Virus record (IMG/VR): IMGVR_UViG_3300020469_000008
Coordinates: 138,055 to 202,054 of that record
Length of the DNA: 64,000 bases
DNA from: a virus
Taxonomy: Duplodnaviria; Caudoviricetes
Reading direction: 5' to 3' (one strand)
Under the pieces are notes generated by a model that was not told the DNA's origin, ran no database searches, and saw nothing but the letters and a program-made list of their open reading frames with translations. Position numbers and translations under genes: made by a program. Of the stretch, positions 36,514 to 45,413 are shown piece after piece (within the stretch, counting starts at the first letter, position 1; each line of letters opens with the position of its first letter).

Positions 36514-36544
36514 AAAGGCACTTTACTGTGCCTTTTCTTTTTTA
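36514..36544 (+). terminator. intrinsic terminator after rpsU
   Basis: AAAGGCAC-tttact-GTGCCTTT then T-rich tail. Confidence 0.8.
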
Positions 36545-36578
36545 AAGAGATAGTTAATAGTATTAAGGGTTTATAATT

Positions 36579-37154
36579 ATGAAAATAACAAAAAGACAAT
36601 TAAAGGTAATTGTTGAAAATTATTTATTTGAACAAGATGCATTATCAGACATCATTGACGAACCTGAAGAAGCCAGTGATACATCACAGGCGGACGCGGA
36701 AGTGACAGATGACAACACTGGTTTGAAGCCTATTGATGATTCTGAATCAGAAGAAGACTCTTCTGATGCGCCTCCTGAAGAAGAGGAAAAGACAGAACCT
36801 GAAAGTGATTTTAATAAAATAAAATCTTTCAGACTCGTAACACCAGACTCACCAAAGGAAGGTCACAAGATACATTTTAAAAAAGATAGTAGCTCAGAAA
36901 AAATTATAGTTTTTATTGATGAAAGAAAGTTTACAAACCCTAAAACTTCTGACATGGTCGCACTTGCGGGAGCGGGTTTATCAATTGTTGAGGATGAAAA
37001 TACAAAAAATTGTCTCTTGAAAATTGTGCAAATGGATGCAAGTTTTAAAGGTAAGAATGTAAAATCTGCTGCAAGCATTATTAAACGAAAAATGCAAGGA
37101 AGTAGATTTCCTTTCGTCAATTTCAAGGATGTAATAAGAAAAGCTTTAGGATAG
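36579..37154 (+). CDS. leader-tagged hypothetical protein
   Basis: MKITKRQLKVIVENYLFE leader, then acidic linker. Confidence 0.7.
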   Translation: MKITKRQLKVIVENYLFEQDALSDIIDEPEEASDTSQADAEVTDDNTGLKPIDDSESEEDSSDAPPEEEEKTEPESDFNKIKSFRLVTPDSPKEGHKIHFKKDSSSEKIIVFIDERKFTNPKTSDMVALAGAGLSIVEDENTKNCLLKIVQMDASFKGKNVKSAASIIKRKMQGSRFPFVNFKDVIRKALG

Positions 37155-37157
37155 AAA

Positions 37158-37382
37158 TTGGATGTAATAAGAAAAATCACTTTCTCGGATTTAATTAACC
37201 TTAATCGAAGAGAGGCCGATGTTTTAGCAGATGTCATCGAGGGTGATTTAATAAAAGTGCACATTGATTCTAGAGAATTAATTGGAATTGTTGTGGGTGT
37301 TGACGACAATTCAATGGAATTGCAAACTCCTGATGGTGCAATAAGATGGGTGTCTCGTTATGTAATCTACGAAAAGTTATAG
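37158..37382 (+). CDS. hypothetical protein
   Basis: 74-aa ORF, TTG start. Confidence 0.45.
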   Translation: MDVIRKITFSDLINLNRREADVLADVIEGDLIKVHIDSRELIGIVVGVDDNSMELQTPDGAIRWVSRYVIYEKL

Positions 37383-37409
37383 TATAATATTCCTAACTAA
37401 GGAGATACT

Positions 37410-37727
37410 GTGACAATCAAACGAAAAACAAAACAAGTAAAAAAAGAAAAACCTAAATTAAAAAGAACATCGCGAAAAATAACGCGCAATCAAAAGGCAA
37501 GTGTTACCATCCGTGAAGATAAAAATCTTCCATATAAGCAGGGTGATTATTGTTTCTATTTAGACAAATATAATAAAACTCTTTTTGCACAAGTTCAGTC
37601 TGTTCACGAGTATGAAGGCGGATACTATTACGTATTAGTTGAACAACATGATTGTAAGTTTGTTACAATCGAACACAAGTGGTGTGCTGATGATGACAAA
37701 GCTTTTAAAGGTATAAAACGAAAATAG
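37410..37727 (+). CDS. basic hypothetical protein
   Basis: GTG after AAGGAG. Confidence 0.55.
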   Translation: MTIKRKTKQVKKEKPKLKRTSRKITRNQKASVTIREDKNLPYKQGDYCFYLDKYNKTLFAQVQSVHEYEGGYYYVLVEQHDCKFVTIEHKWCADDDKAFKGIKRK

Positions 37728-37755
37728 TGCAACTGTATTTAAAATACTGTATAAT
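37727..37755 (+). promoter_or_regulatory. phage promoter GTGCAA-N17-TATAAT
   Basis: Repeated motif; overlaps the TAG of the upstream gene. Confidence 0.7.
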
Positions 37756-37772
37756 ATAAACACAACCAAACC

Positions 37773-37964
37773 ATGGGAGGATTCATGGCAATAACAATGG
37801 CATTCATTGAAGAAAGACTCAGTGAAGAAATTGCAATAAACATTAATAACATCTCAAGCATTAGAATAACTAACGGTGTTGTCTATATTCATCTTTGCGG
37901 TGACAAAGCAATAGCAACTAATTTTAAAAACATACGGGAAGCTTGGCACGCAGTTAACATTTAG
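37773..37964 (+). CDS. hypothetical protein
   Basis: Small ORF after promoter; start may be 37786. Confidence 0.5.
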   Translation: MGGFMAITMAFIEERLSEEIAININNISSIRITNGVVYIHLCGDKAIATNFKNIREAWHAVNI

Positions 37965-37974
37965 GAGGAAAACT

Positions 37975-39213
37975 ATGATAGTAACAGACGAAGTTTTAGA
38001 CTGTTTTGAAAATGTAGCATCAGCAAAAGGAACTAATGCCAAAAAAGTTCTTTTAAAAGAATACCTTAGAAACTTATACTTTGCAACACTATTAGAATTT
38101 ACATTCAACCCGTATCGTTCTTTTCATGTTGTGAAAGTCCCGAAAGTAAAAAAGGAAAATAGAAAACCAATAGAACCACGAGAAGCGTGGAAATTATTTA
38201 TTTTAAATGCTGACGCGTGTTCTAAAAGAGAAGTAACAGGCAACGCGGCGATCAACTTAATTCATTGGACTTTCCAACAGTGTTCCGAAGCACAGGAAAA
38301 GTGGATGAGAAAAGTGCTTAAAAAGAATCTAGCAATCGGGGTATCAACAAAAACTTTAAACAAAGTACAGTCAAATTTTATTCCTACATTCGATGTAGCT
38401 TTAGCTCAGAAGTTTGACATGAAACGTATTAAGAGTTCTGAAGTTTTTATTGAGCCTAAGCTTGATGGCATCAGATGTCTCGCGATCGTTGAGAATAGAG
38501 AAGCAAAGCTGTTTACACGTGCAGGGAAATTGATCACAAACTTTGATGATACGCTTGGTAAAGAACTGGCAACACTCAATGACGGCTGTTACGATGGAGA
38601 AATCATGAGTAAAGATTTCACTGAGTTAATGCGCCAAGTGTATAGAAAGGATGCTAAAGATATTAGTGAGGTTTACTTCGCGCTGTTTGATTACATTCCC
38701 CTGAAAGATTGGAATGCGAAGCAATCTCCATTGCCGGCATGGAGAAGATATGAAATATTGTCGTGTCGATTGAAGCTTGCAAAGGCAAAGTATCTTACTT
38801 TGGTAAAAAGACAAAGAGTGAAAACAGACTATGACGATATCAAAAAGATACATGACATATACACAAATCAAGGTTATGAGGGTGCAATGATTAAATCTAT
38901 CTCTGCACCTTACTGCTTTGGTCGCGACTGGTCGGTCATGAAGTTTAAGACTTTCTTTGATGCTGACGTACCGATCGTAGGATATAAAGAAGGCACAGGT
39001 AAACACCAGAATAAGCTAGGTTCATTCCTGGTAGATTATAAAGGTGTTGAGGTTAATGTTGGTTCTGGGTTAACAGACGAACTCAGAGAACAGTTGTGGA
39101 AGAACCCTGAAGAACATGTAGGAAGAATAATTGAGGTGAGGTACCAGGAAGAAACGCCTGATGGTTCATTACGTTTTCCTACGTTTGTTTGCTTTAGAAA
39201 TGACAAATTGTAA
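37975..39213 (+). CDS. ATP-dependent DNA ligase
   Basis: EPKLDGIRC (adenylated Lys), YDGEI, LFD, EGAMIK, MKFK, OB-fold VGSG...SLRFP. Confidence 0.95.
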   Translation: MIVTDEVLDCFENVASAKGTNAKKVLLKEYLRNLYFATLLEFTFNPYRSFHVVKVPKVKKENRKPIEPREAWKLFILNADACSKREVTGNAAINLIHWTFQQCSEAQEKWMRKVLKKNLAIGVSTKTLNKVQSNFIPTFDVALAQKFDMKRIKSSEVFIEPKLDGIRCLAIVENREAKLFTRAGKLITNFDDTLGKELATLNDGCYDGEIMSKDFTELMRQVYRKDAKDISEVYFALFDYIPLKDWNAKQSPLPAWRRYEILSCRLKLAKAKYLTLVKRQRVKTDYDDIKKIHDIYTNQGYEGAMIKSISAPYCFGRDWSVMKFKTFFDADVPIVGYKEGTGKHQNKLGSFLVDYKGVEVNVGSGLTDELREQLWKNPEEHVGRIIEVRYQEETPDGSLRFPTFVCFRNDKL

Positions 39214-39236
39214 ATAACACATTCAAAACATATAAT
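39208..39236 (+). promoter_or_regulatory. phage promoter variant TTGTAA-N17-TATAAT
   Basis: Same 17-bp spacing as the repeated motif. Confidence 0.55.
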
Positions 39237-39263
39237 GTAAAGTATAAAAACAAAGGAGAAAAA

Positions 39264-39500
39264 ATGGAACTATCAGATGAACTAAAAACATTTATTGACA
39301 AGTACAAGACAATTGAGAATGAAATCAAGATGTTACAAGAAGATAAAAAGATTCTTATTGAAGACTTAAAAGAAAATCACGGTATCTCACCAAAAGTTAT
39401 CCGTAAGGCGATTCAAGTTGCAAAGATTAGAACCGCGATGGGTGATGAATTAGTACAACTCGACAATATTGTTGAACAGCTTGAAGGAAGTATTGTATGA
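39264..39500 (+). CDS. small dsDNA-binding protein (T4 DsbA/DUF2312-like)
   Basis: FIDKYKTIENEIKMLQEDKK.L.E.LK...G..PKVIRKAI pattern. Confidence 0.55.
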   Translation: MELSDELKTFIDKYKTIENEIKMLQEDKKILIEDLKENHGISPKVIRKAIQVAKIRTAMGDELVQLDNIVEQLEGSIV

Positions 39501-39679
39501 ACATTGAGAAGTCAGCTGTAACTGTTAAAGGTTATGGAAACAAGAAACACGAAATCTCGATAGAAAAGACAATAATGTCAGGTCATACAAGTATTACGTT
39601 GAAAAAGAACGGTAATAGAGTTTTAGTGTGTGATCCGAGAGAATTCGTTAAACTTAAGAAATTATTTAGCGAGGTTTAG
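39497..39679 (+). CDS. hypothetical protein
   Basis: ATGA overlap. Confidence 0.5.
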   Translation: MNIEKSAVTVKGYGNKKHEISIEKTIMSGHTSITLKKNGNRVLVCDPREFVKLKKLFSEV

Positions 39680-40000
39680 ATGGCTTGGAAAGAGATGTCG
39701 CGATATCGCGCTGGTGCTCCTGACGGAGGCACAGAAGAGTTTGTCTTAGAAAAAGATGAGAACGGTAACTTTCGTGTACGCAACGATTTTGGTAATACTG
39801 TCTTTGAGTTTGAACGCATGTCAGGTTATGAGTTCTTACGAAAAATCAGTCGTGATGTTGAAAACGATTTAGAAGACGAGCTTAATGAATTGTGGAATAA
39901 CACGGGCTTTGACGACGATAACTGTGATGGGTTCGACGGAAACCCTTACAACAGTGTTTCAGGAGCAGACATAGATTCAAATGGATATGGAGCAGATTAA
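39680..40000 (+). CDS. hypothetical protein
   Basis: SD GAGG; TAATG coupling to the next gene. Confidence 0.55.
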   Translation: MAWKEMSRYRAGAPDGGTEEFVLEKDENGNFRVRNDFGNTVFEFERMSGYEFLRKISRDVENDLEDELNELWNNTGFDDDNCDGFDGNPYNSVSGADIDSNGYGAD

Positions 40001-40578
40001 TGGGAAATTTTACAACAGCAAAAGCAACAACATTTTTTGATATTGAAACAACACACTTGGACCCAAAACGTTCAGCAGTGCTTGAAGTCTCAATAATCAC
40101 TGACTGGGAAGGTGGTAACACTGAAGTGTGGACAACAAAAATAAGGCCAAGAGATCTAGAACTAGAATTTGCTTCGCAAGAAGCATTAGATATATGCGGT
40201 TACAATGAAAGTGAATGGGCTGATGCGCCATCTTTTGAAGAGGTTGCAGAAACAATTTCTAAGAAACTTCGATTTGGTCCTATTATTGCACACAACATTG
40301 AATTCGATATAAATCATCTAACAGCAGCATTCGAAAGACGCGGATATAAGAAGTGGTCAAGAAATATCTCAGAAAGTGAAAAAACATATAGCTTTGGATA
40401 TCCAAAAATTGACACTTGTGCACTTGCATATATGTTCTTACCAACCGAAAAACAAAATCTTGATACACTTCGAGAGCACTTTGAAATTACAAAAGAAGGT
40501 GCACATTCAGCTCAAAAAGATGTAGAGGATTGTCGACATGTTTTTTACAAAATTTTGTCAGAAACAATTAACAATTAA
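40000..40578 (+). CDS. DnaQ-like DEDDh 3'-5' exonuclease
   Basis: FFDIETT (ExoI), AHNIEFD (ExoII), AHSAQKD (ExoIII). Confidence 0.9.
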   Translation: MGNFTTAKATTFFDIETTHLDPKRSAVLEVSIITDWEGGNTEVWTTKIRPRDLELEFASQEALDICGYNESEWADAPSFEEVAETISKKLRFGPIIAHNIEFDINHLTAAFERRGYKKWSRNISESEKTYSFGYPKIDTCALAYMFLPTEKQNLDTLREHFEITKEGAHSAQKDVEDCRHVFYKILSETINN

Positions 40579-40598
40579 AGTCTAACTAAGGAGAAAAA

Positions 40599-41042
40599 AT
40601 GGAAGAAAACCAACAACACAATTTTATAAAACTTACATCCGAAGGATATCCCATACAATTAAAACACAATAAAATTGATTTTTACGAGATATTCCTACAG
40701 TTTGTAAATATGTCTGAAGAAAATAGTTTTTTTGCAGAATTATTAGACGAAGGCGTCGCAATGCATGCCGGAATGAAAACTGAAATTTGTAGAATGCATC
40801 ACGACAATGATCACGTTTATATCACTTCTAAAATAAACGAATCAGAAACTTCTTCGACAGGAGAGTTTTCAGTTGATGAGGAATATACTATTTTAGGACA
40901 TGCCTGTTTAGGGGTCTTATACTTTTGTGATTTGTATGCGCTCGGCACCGGACAAAAAACACACTTTTCTTCTGCTAAAGCAAAAAAACAATTTGATAAA
41001 GCAACTGATAATAACGATAAATTCAAGGCTTGGCCTGTTTAG
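40599..41042 (+). CDS. hypothetical protein
   Basis: SD AAGGAG. Confidence 0.6.
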   Translation: MEENQQHNFIKLTSEGYPIQLKHNKIDFYEIFLQFVNMSEENSFFAELLDEGVAMHAGMKTEICRMHHDNDHVYITSKINESETSSTGEFSVDEEYTILGHACLGVLYFCDLYALGTGQKTHFSSAKAKKQFDKATDNNDKFKAWPV

Positions 41043-41050
41043 GGGAACGC

Positions 41051-41632
41051 ATGTCATACTATCACCAAAGTTCTTATTATAAAAGTGATGATTTGGTCAA
41101 TGTAATTAAAAACACAAGAGGTAAACATACACTACCAAAAGCAACTAAAGGAAACAGGTATCTGATAATAAGTCACTATACAAATAGCTTCGGTACTACA
41201 AAGTACATTGTGCTCGACAAAGAAGGTAACGAACATTTTACGACTGAAAATTCAATACAAAAAGTAGATGACTTTTCACTGGATACATCCAGCGAATGGA
41301 ATAGAGCAAAGCGAGCTTGGATGGATAGAACGTATATACCTGTCTTCGCTGTTCACACATATGATTATGTTGGTATGCCTTTTGTATCATCACGAGATGG
41401 AAACTCAAGATTAGTGAAGCCACTGTTTGGAAAAACAAATCACACCTGGGGTGACAAAGAAGGAATATGGGTTCACAAGTCACGTGTACATGACGACGAC
41501 GTCAAGATTTTTATGAGTTCTTCATTTCCACCAGACATTAACAAAAAAGGAGAGACATCAGAAACTGTTACGTTTAGAGTTCCTGTTTGGTTCGCGGAAA
41601 AGAAAGGATTGTTTGATGGTAATAAAAGCTAA
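41051..41632 (+). CDS. hypothetical protein
   Basis: ATG 41051 after AGGGG. Confidence 0.6.
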   Translation: MSYYHQSSYYKSDDLVNVIKNTRGKHTLPKATKGNRYLIISHYTNSFGTTKYIVLDKEGNEHFTTENSIQKVDDFSLDTSSEWNRAKRAWMDRTYIPVFAVHTYDYVGMPFVSSRDGNSRLVKPLFGKTNHTWGDKEGIWVHKSRVHDDDVKIFMSSSFPPDINKKGETSETVTFRVPVWFAEKKGLFDGNKS

Positions 41633-41837
41633 TAAAAAAATAAGAACGTTAATTTATAGACTTTGTAATGGGATTCGTAGAGAAAAAGATATATGTGAAT
41701 ATTTAATAGAAAATCATGAAGATTTTAATGACGAGTATTACACAGAAAAAACTGTCAAGTATCATTTAGAACAATTAAAAGAGTCTGGTTTGATTCATTT
41801 TAAATATAACGGTAGGATTATTGATTTAGAAAGATAA
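41613..41837 (+). CDS. small winged-helix-like protein
   Basis: TVKYHLEQLKESGLI pattern. Confidence 0.45.
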   Translation: MMVIKANKKIRTLIYRLCNGIRREKDICEYLIENHEDFNDEYYTEKTVKYHLEQLKESGLIHFKYNGRIIDLER

Positions 41838-41854
41838 TTATAAGAGAATCAAAA

Positions 41855-41883
41855 GTGTAACTCCTGGCAGTGCGCAATATAAT
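41855..41883 (+). promoter_or_regulatory. phage promoter GTGTAA-N17-TATAAT
   Basis: Repeated motif before RadA-like copy 1. Confidence 0.75.
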
Positions 41884-41917
41884 AAAAACACAACCTAACA
41901 AGCTAAGGAGCTAACTA

Positions 41918-42673
41918 ATGAAAATTAAGGTAAAGATTGAAGAAATACCGTTTGGAACTTGTATTCAAGATATTGAAGTACCATCTGTTCTAAAAAAGAG
42001 GGTGTCAACTGGGATTGGCTATTTCGATTGTGTTTTAGGTGGTGAAGGTTTCACACCGTCAATGGTGACACTGTTTACAGGAACACCTGGTGCTGGAAAA
42101 ACTACCATGATGTTAACTCTAGCAAACGCATTACAAGGACACGGTGCTCAAGTCGTATTTAATACAGCTGAAGAAAGCTTGTACCAGGTTAAGATGACTG
42201 CTAATCGTCTTCGTCTTCGTCATCCATTTTGTGTTGGTGGTGAGACAAGTGTTCCTGCTCTTTTAACAGGATGTGATAAAGTGCGTGAAGCAAACCCTGA
42301 CAGGCCTTTCTTCCTTATTGTGGATTCACTCCAGTGTATGAACGACGCGCACTTTAAAACGGGGCGCATTACTACAGCAACAGCTGAAAGAGCATTAGGC
42401 TTGTTAACAAGTTATGCTAAAGAACATGCAGTAAATGTTATCGTGATCGGACAAGTCACTAAAGATGGCAAAATGGCAGGTTCAAATAAACTTAAACATA
42501 TGGTTGACAGTCACATTCACCTCTCAGTTGAAGTTAAAGATGATGACTTAAGAGGCTGTCGTGTTTTAGAAACTCAAAAGAATAGATTCGGAGGCGCAGG
42601 CCACGTTATCTTTTTAAGACTTCGAAGAAATGGTTTTTCAGAAGTCGCGAGAATTAGTGACTCAGGTGTTTAA
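41918..42673 (+). CDS. radA: RadA/Sms-like RecA-fold ATPase (ATPase domain only), copy 1
   Basis: GTPGAGKTT, AEES, IVDSLQ, VIGQVTKDG, KNRFG; lacks Zn finger and Lon-like domain. Confidence 0.8.
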   Translation: MKIKVKIEEIPFGTCIQDIEVPSVLKKRVSTGIGYFDCVLGGEGFTPSMVTLFTGTPGAGKTTMMLTLANALQGHGAQVVFNTAEESLYQVKMTANRLRLRHPFCVGGETSVPALLTGCDKVREANPDRPFFLIVDSLQCMNDAHFKTGRITTATAERALGLLTSYAKEHAVNVIVIGQVTKDGKMAGSNKLKHMVDSHIHLSVEVKDDDLRGCRVLETQKNRFGGAGHVIFLRLRRNGFSEVARISDSGV

Positions 42674-42684
42674 ACACACCTCTT

Positions 42685-42707
42685 GGTGAGGGTAAACCTC
42701 GCCTTTC
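42685..42707 (+). terminator. terminator-like hairpin
   Basis: GGTGAGG-gtaaa-CCTCGCC-TTTC. Confidence 0.4.
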
Positions 42708-42722
42708 TGGAGGAAATGTGAG

Positions 42723-42902
42723 ATGTTACCAAAATGGACAGCAACATATGTTAGAGATGATGACGATGAAAAAGAAAAAACAGTCGAAGTATATGCGGAA
42801 ACTATTTTTCAAGCTTGGTATAACGCTATGAGCATAATTCAAATATTGGAAAAAACAGAAGACTATTCAATAAAAAGTGTAAATCCTACCAAGGCAAGTT
42901 AG
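42723..42902 (+). CDS. hypothetical protein (59 aa, not in track)
   Basis: GGAGG SD; MLPKWTATYVRDDDDEKEK... Confidence 0.5.
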   Translation: MLPKWTATYVRDDDDEKEKTVEVYAETIFQAWYNAMSIIQILEKTEDYSIKSVNPTKAS

Positions 42903-42915
42903 GATTAATAGTTAG

Positions 42916-42989
42916 GCACCCGTAGCTCAGCTGGATAGAGCATCCGCCTTCTAAGCGGATGGTCACAGGTTCAAATCCTGTCGGGTGTA
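42916..42989 (+). tRNA. tRNA-Arg(TCT)
   Basis: Cloverleaf; anticodon arm TCCGC-CTTCTAA-GCGGA; T-loop GTTCAAATC; CCA not encoded. Confidence 0.95.
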
Positions 42990-42998
42990 CATTTAAGT

Positions 42999-43083
42999 AG
43001 TCGATACTTTGGGTTGGATTAATTTATCCTGTGTCCTCAGAGGTATAAGTATCGACTTTCCTTGGTTGGCCTCTGGGGACACA
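42999..43083 (+). ncRNA. candidate pseudoknotted RNA element
   Basis: Interleaved inverted repeats: 42999-43009/43047-43057 (11 bp) and 43030-43043/43070-43083 (14 bp, one G.U). Confidence 0.5.
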
Positions 43084-43104
43084 CTTAATTTTCTGAGGTG
43101 GAAG

Positions 43105-43416
43105 ATGAGATTAGTAGAAGAAAAAGAATACGACGAAATTATTGGTAATACAAGTAATTTGATTGTGCAACTATCTGCAGACTGGTGTGGTCCTTGTAGA
43201 GTGCTCACACCTATTTTAGAATCGGTTGCTAAAGAAAAAGGTATTGATGTGATTAAAGTTAATATAGATAACAACCTGTCAATTGTTGCACGACATGCAG
43301 TTAGAGGTATACCACGAATATTATTTTTTAAAGATGGAAATGTTGCTGCTGATCTCACAGGCAATCAAAAAAGAAATAAGCTAGAAGAAGTTTGCAGTCA
43401 AGTTTATGAATGTTAA
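43105..43416 (+). CDS. trxA: thioredoxin
   Basis: ADWCGPC, VRGIP; ATG 43105 after GAGGTGG. Confidence 0.9.
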   Translation: MRLVEEKEYDEIIGNTSNLIVQLSADWCGPCRVLTPILESVAKEKGIDVIKVNIDNNLSIVARHAVRGIPRILFFKDGNVAADLTGNQKRNKLEEVCSQVYEC

Positions 43417-43582
43417 AAGAAAAAAAGAAATAGAGAAGTATTACCTTCAAGTTAATCGAGCCTATCGCGATTTAAAATATATGAAGTACGATCATGAATT
43501 AAGCTTCCAAGGAGAAATAAAAATCGCAATTGTAAATCTAGAGAAGATTAGGTTAGAATTAAAAAGAAAGTTGGAGGAATAG
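43406..43582 (+). CDS. hypothetical protein (58 aa, not in track)
   Basis: MNVKRKKEIEKYYLQVNRAY... fills the gap before tRNA-Gly. Confidence 0.4.
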   Translation: MNVKRKKEIEKYYLQVNRAYRDLKYMKYDHELSFQGEIKIAIVNLEKIRLELKRKLEE

Positions 43583-43586
43583 CTTT

Positions 43587-43659
43587 GCGGGAATAGCTCA
43601 GTTGGTAGAGCACAACCTTGCCAAGGTTGGGGTCGCGAGTTCGAATCTCGTTTCCCGCT
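43587..43659 (+). tRNA. tRNA-Gly(GCC)
   Basis: GCGGGAA/TTCCCGC acceptor; CAACC-TTGCCAA-GGTTG anticodon arm. Confidence 0.97.
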
Positions 43660-43666
43660 TATTTAA

Positions 43667-43739
43667 GGGCACTTAGCTCAGCGGTCAGAGCATCCGACTC
43701 ATAATCGGCAGGTCCAGGGTTCAATCCCCTGAGTGCCCA
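43667..43739 (+). tRNA. tRNA with CAT anticodon, probably Ile2 (lysidine), alternatively elongator Met
   Basis: GGGCACT/AGTGCCC acceptor; loop CTCATAA; paired 1-72 excludes initiator; resembles ileX-type tRNAs. Confidence 0.85.
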
Positions 43740-43762
43740 CACATCTTAACAAAGGAGAAAAA

Positions 43763-43957
43763 ATGTTAGGTTTAAGTAAGAAACAATTATCAGATGGGTG
43801 TTATGTTGCATCCTTAGTTTCAGTCGCAGTATCAATTGCAACTTGGGTTTTGATATCACCGGAAGATCCCGCGCATGGAGAACGCTTTGCATTATTTATT
43901 GGGCTTTGGGCGCCAACACTTATGGGTCTTGCAAATTATTATAAGACAGAGGAGTAA
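43763..43957 (+). CDS. small two-TM membrane protein
   Basis: ATG after AAGGAG; AHGERFALFIGLWAPT. Confidence 0.7.
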   Translation: MLGLSKKQLSDGCYVASLVSVAVSIATWVLISPEDPAHGERFALFIGLWAPTLMGLANYYKTEE

Positions 43958-43960
43958 TCA

Positions 43961-44113
43961 ATGAATGCCGTCGAATTCCTGTTCGCGCTAGCAGCCGTGT
44001 TCGGTTCAACGGCGCTTTGGCTTGTTTGGACAAGTTTTGTTTACAGAATTGAGAAGTATTCTCAAGAAGACAATACTGATCAATTTAAAAATAATGAAGA
44101 AACAATCGTATAA
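43961..44113 (+). CDS. small membrane protein (50 aa, not in track)
   Basis: GAGGAG SD; N-terminal TM. Confidence 0.5.
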   Translation: MNAVEFLFALAAVFGSTALWLVWTSFVYRIEKYSQEDNTDQFKNNEETIV

Positions 44114-44486
44114 CACGTTTTATTTGAAAGGTGATAATATTTCAAAAATAATTGAATCAATAATCAATCTAATTTCAGTTACAGTCATTTCAGCTGTTTC
44201 GTTGGTTGGCATTGGATTGGAATTCGGATTGAAAATTATTTACTACAGCTTTATCATTTTTTTGGTAGCAAAATGTGTAGGATATTAGGAGAGAAATAAT
44301 GTTATTTTTTCTATGCACAATTTTATTTGTGTTTGTTTTCACAGTAGTTTGGATGTGGATTTTCGATAGAGGATGAAATGATTTTGCTAATGTTTTTACT
44401 AGGGTGTTCAGCTGAACACTTTAATTCAGAAATAAACAACAACAACATTTATATATGCTTTTCAATGAAAGCAGCCGGTGATTGTG

Positions 44487-44765
44487 ATGAAGAAACCTTA
44501 CGAACATTTTCAGATTGATCTACATAAATTTATAAGGACATTCAGGGCAGATGATATTAAGTCTGATGACTTGATTTGGCACCGCGATGAGAATGAAAGG
44601 TTGATATATGTTATCCACGTTGATCCAGGTTGGACTTTTCAGAGAGATAACCGGTTACCACAAAAAATGGTTTCAAATAAAACAGTGATAAGAATTGAAG
44701 CAGGAGAATACCATAGGATAACCAAAGGTAGTGGAGTCTGCGTTCTATATATAGAGGAGAAATAA
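44487..44765 (+). CDS. conserved phage protein, cupin-like
   Basis: IRTF...LIWHRD.NER...GW.FQ.DN.LP...YHRI.KG. Confidence 0.6.
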   Translation: MKKPYEHFQIDLHKFIRTFRADDIKSDDLIWHRDENERLIYVIHVDPGWTFQRDNRLPQKMVSNKTVIRIEAGEYHRITKGSGVCVLYIEEK

Positions 44766-45025
44766 TGAATAAAGTATTTAATTTTTTAAAGACAGTTTGG
44801 TCTTGGGTTTATGAAAGAACAGTAATCTGGTGTATTTTTGCATTTTTCATTTTAATGGGTTGGGGACAATTGCAGAAAAATGAAATGTCACTTGAATTTA
44901 AAGAAGCAATTCTAAATTGTAAGGTGACATGTTTGCCATCTTCTTCAGAGTACTTTGATAACAAAGATACAAACCAGTGCTGGTGTTACAAGGATGTAAA
45001 TACCTTAGTAAAACCCAGTAAATAG
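44765..45025 (+). CDS. small membrane protein with Cys-rich tail
   Basis: TAATG coupling; TM then C...C...CWC. Confidence 0.55.
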   Translation: MNKVFNFLKTVWSWVYERTVIWCIFAFFILMGWGQLQKNEMSLEFKEAILNCKVTCLPSSSEYFDNKDTNQCWCYKDVNTLVKPSK

Positions 45026-45053
45026 TGTAATAATAATAAAAATAGTTTATACT
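45025..45053 (+). promoter_or_regulatory. phage promoter GTGTAA-N17-TATACT
   Basis: Repeated motif; overlaps the upstream TAG. Confidence 0.7.
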
Positions 45054-45089
45054 AAATTTACTAACAACAAACAAAACAAAGGAGAAATT

Positions 45090-45398
45090 ATGTCAACAAA
45101 ACTTGCTCTAATGTGCAAGTCGCACAATTACAAAACTAACTCACTTCAAAATATTTACAGTGTAGGTAATTGGGTAATTGCTGAAGACAGAAGAAAAGAT
45201 TTGCTGGGTCAAAAAGTGGTTCTCACAGAATCACAGAAATCACCCGCTTACTTAGGAGGAACCATTGTTGGTTTCGTTCCTTCAAACGATGGTAGGAAAT
45301 GTGAAGTCGTCTTTCAAGTCGATGACACACTTACCGGTAACACAGACGCAGTTGGACATCGAGGCTGGGCACCCGGCAGCGGTCGTTGCTATATCTAA
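45090..45398 (+). CDS. hypothetical protein
   Basis: SD AAGGAG after promoter. Confidence 0.65.
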   Translation: MSTKLALMCKSHNYKTNSLQNIYSVGNWVIAEDRRKDLLGQKVVLTESQKSPAYLGGTIVGFVPSNDGRKCEVVFQVDDTLTGNTDAVGHRGWAPGSGRCYI

Positions 45399-45413
45399 AA
45401 CAAAGGAGAGATT

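Noticed and set aside
42999-43083. HDV-like/theta ribozyme behind tRNA-Arg
   Set aside because: There is no room for a P3 hairpin between the stems (3-nt linker), and the element does not start at the tRNA 3' end
43009-43104. N-terminal extension of thioredoxin, and the extension at 43733-43762 of the next membrane protein
   Set aside because: These overlap the pseudoknot and a tRNA; better SD-linked starts exist at 43105 and 43763
44022-44288. 88-aa ORF as given in the track
   Set aside because: Its 5' part overlaps a better SD-led ORF (43961-44113), and no convincing start could be chosen
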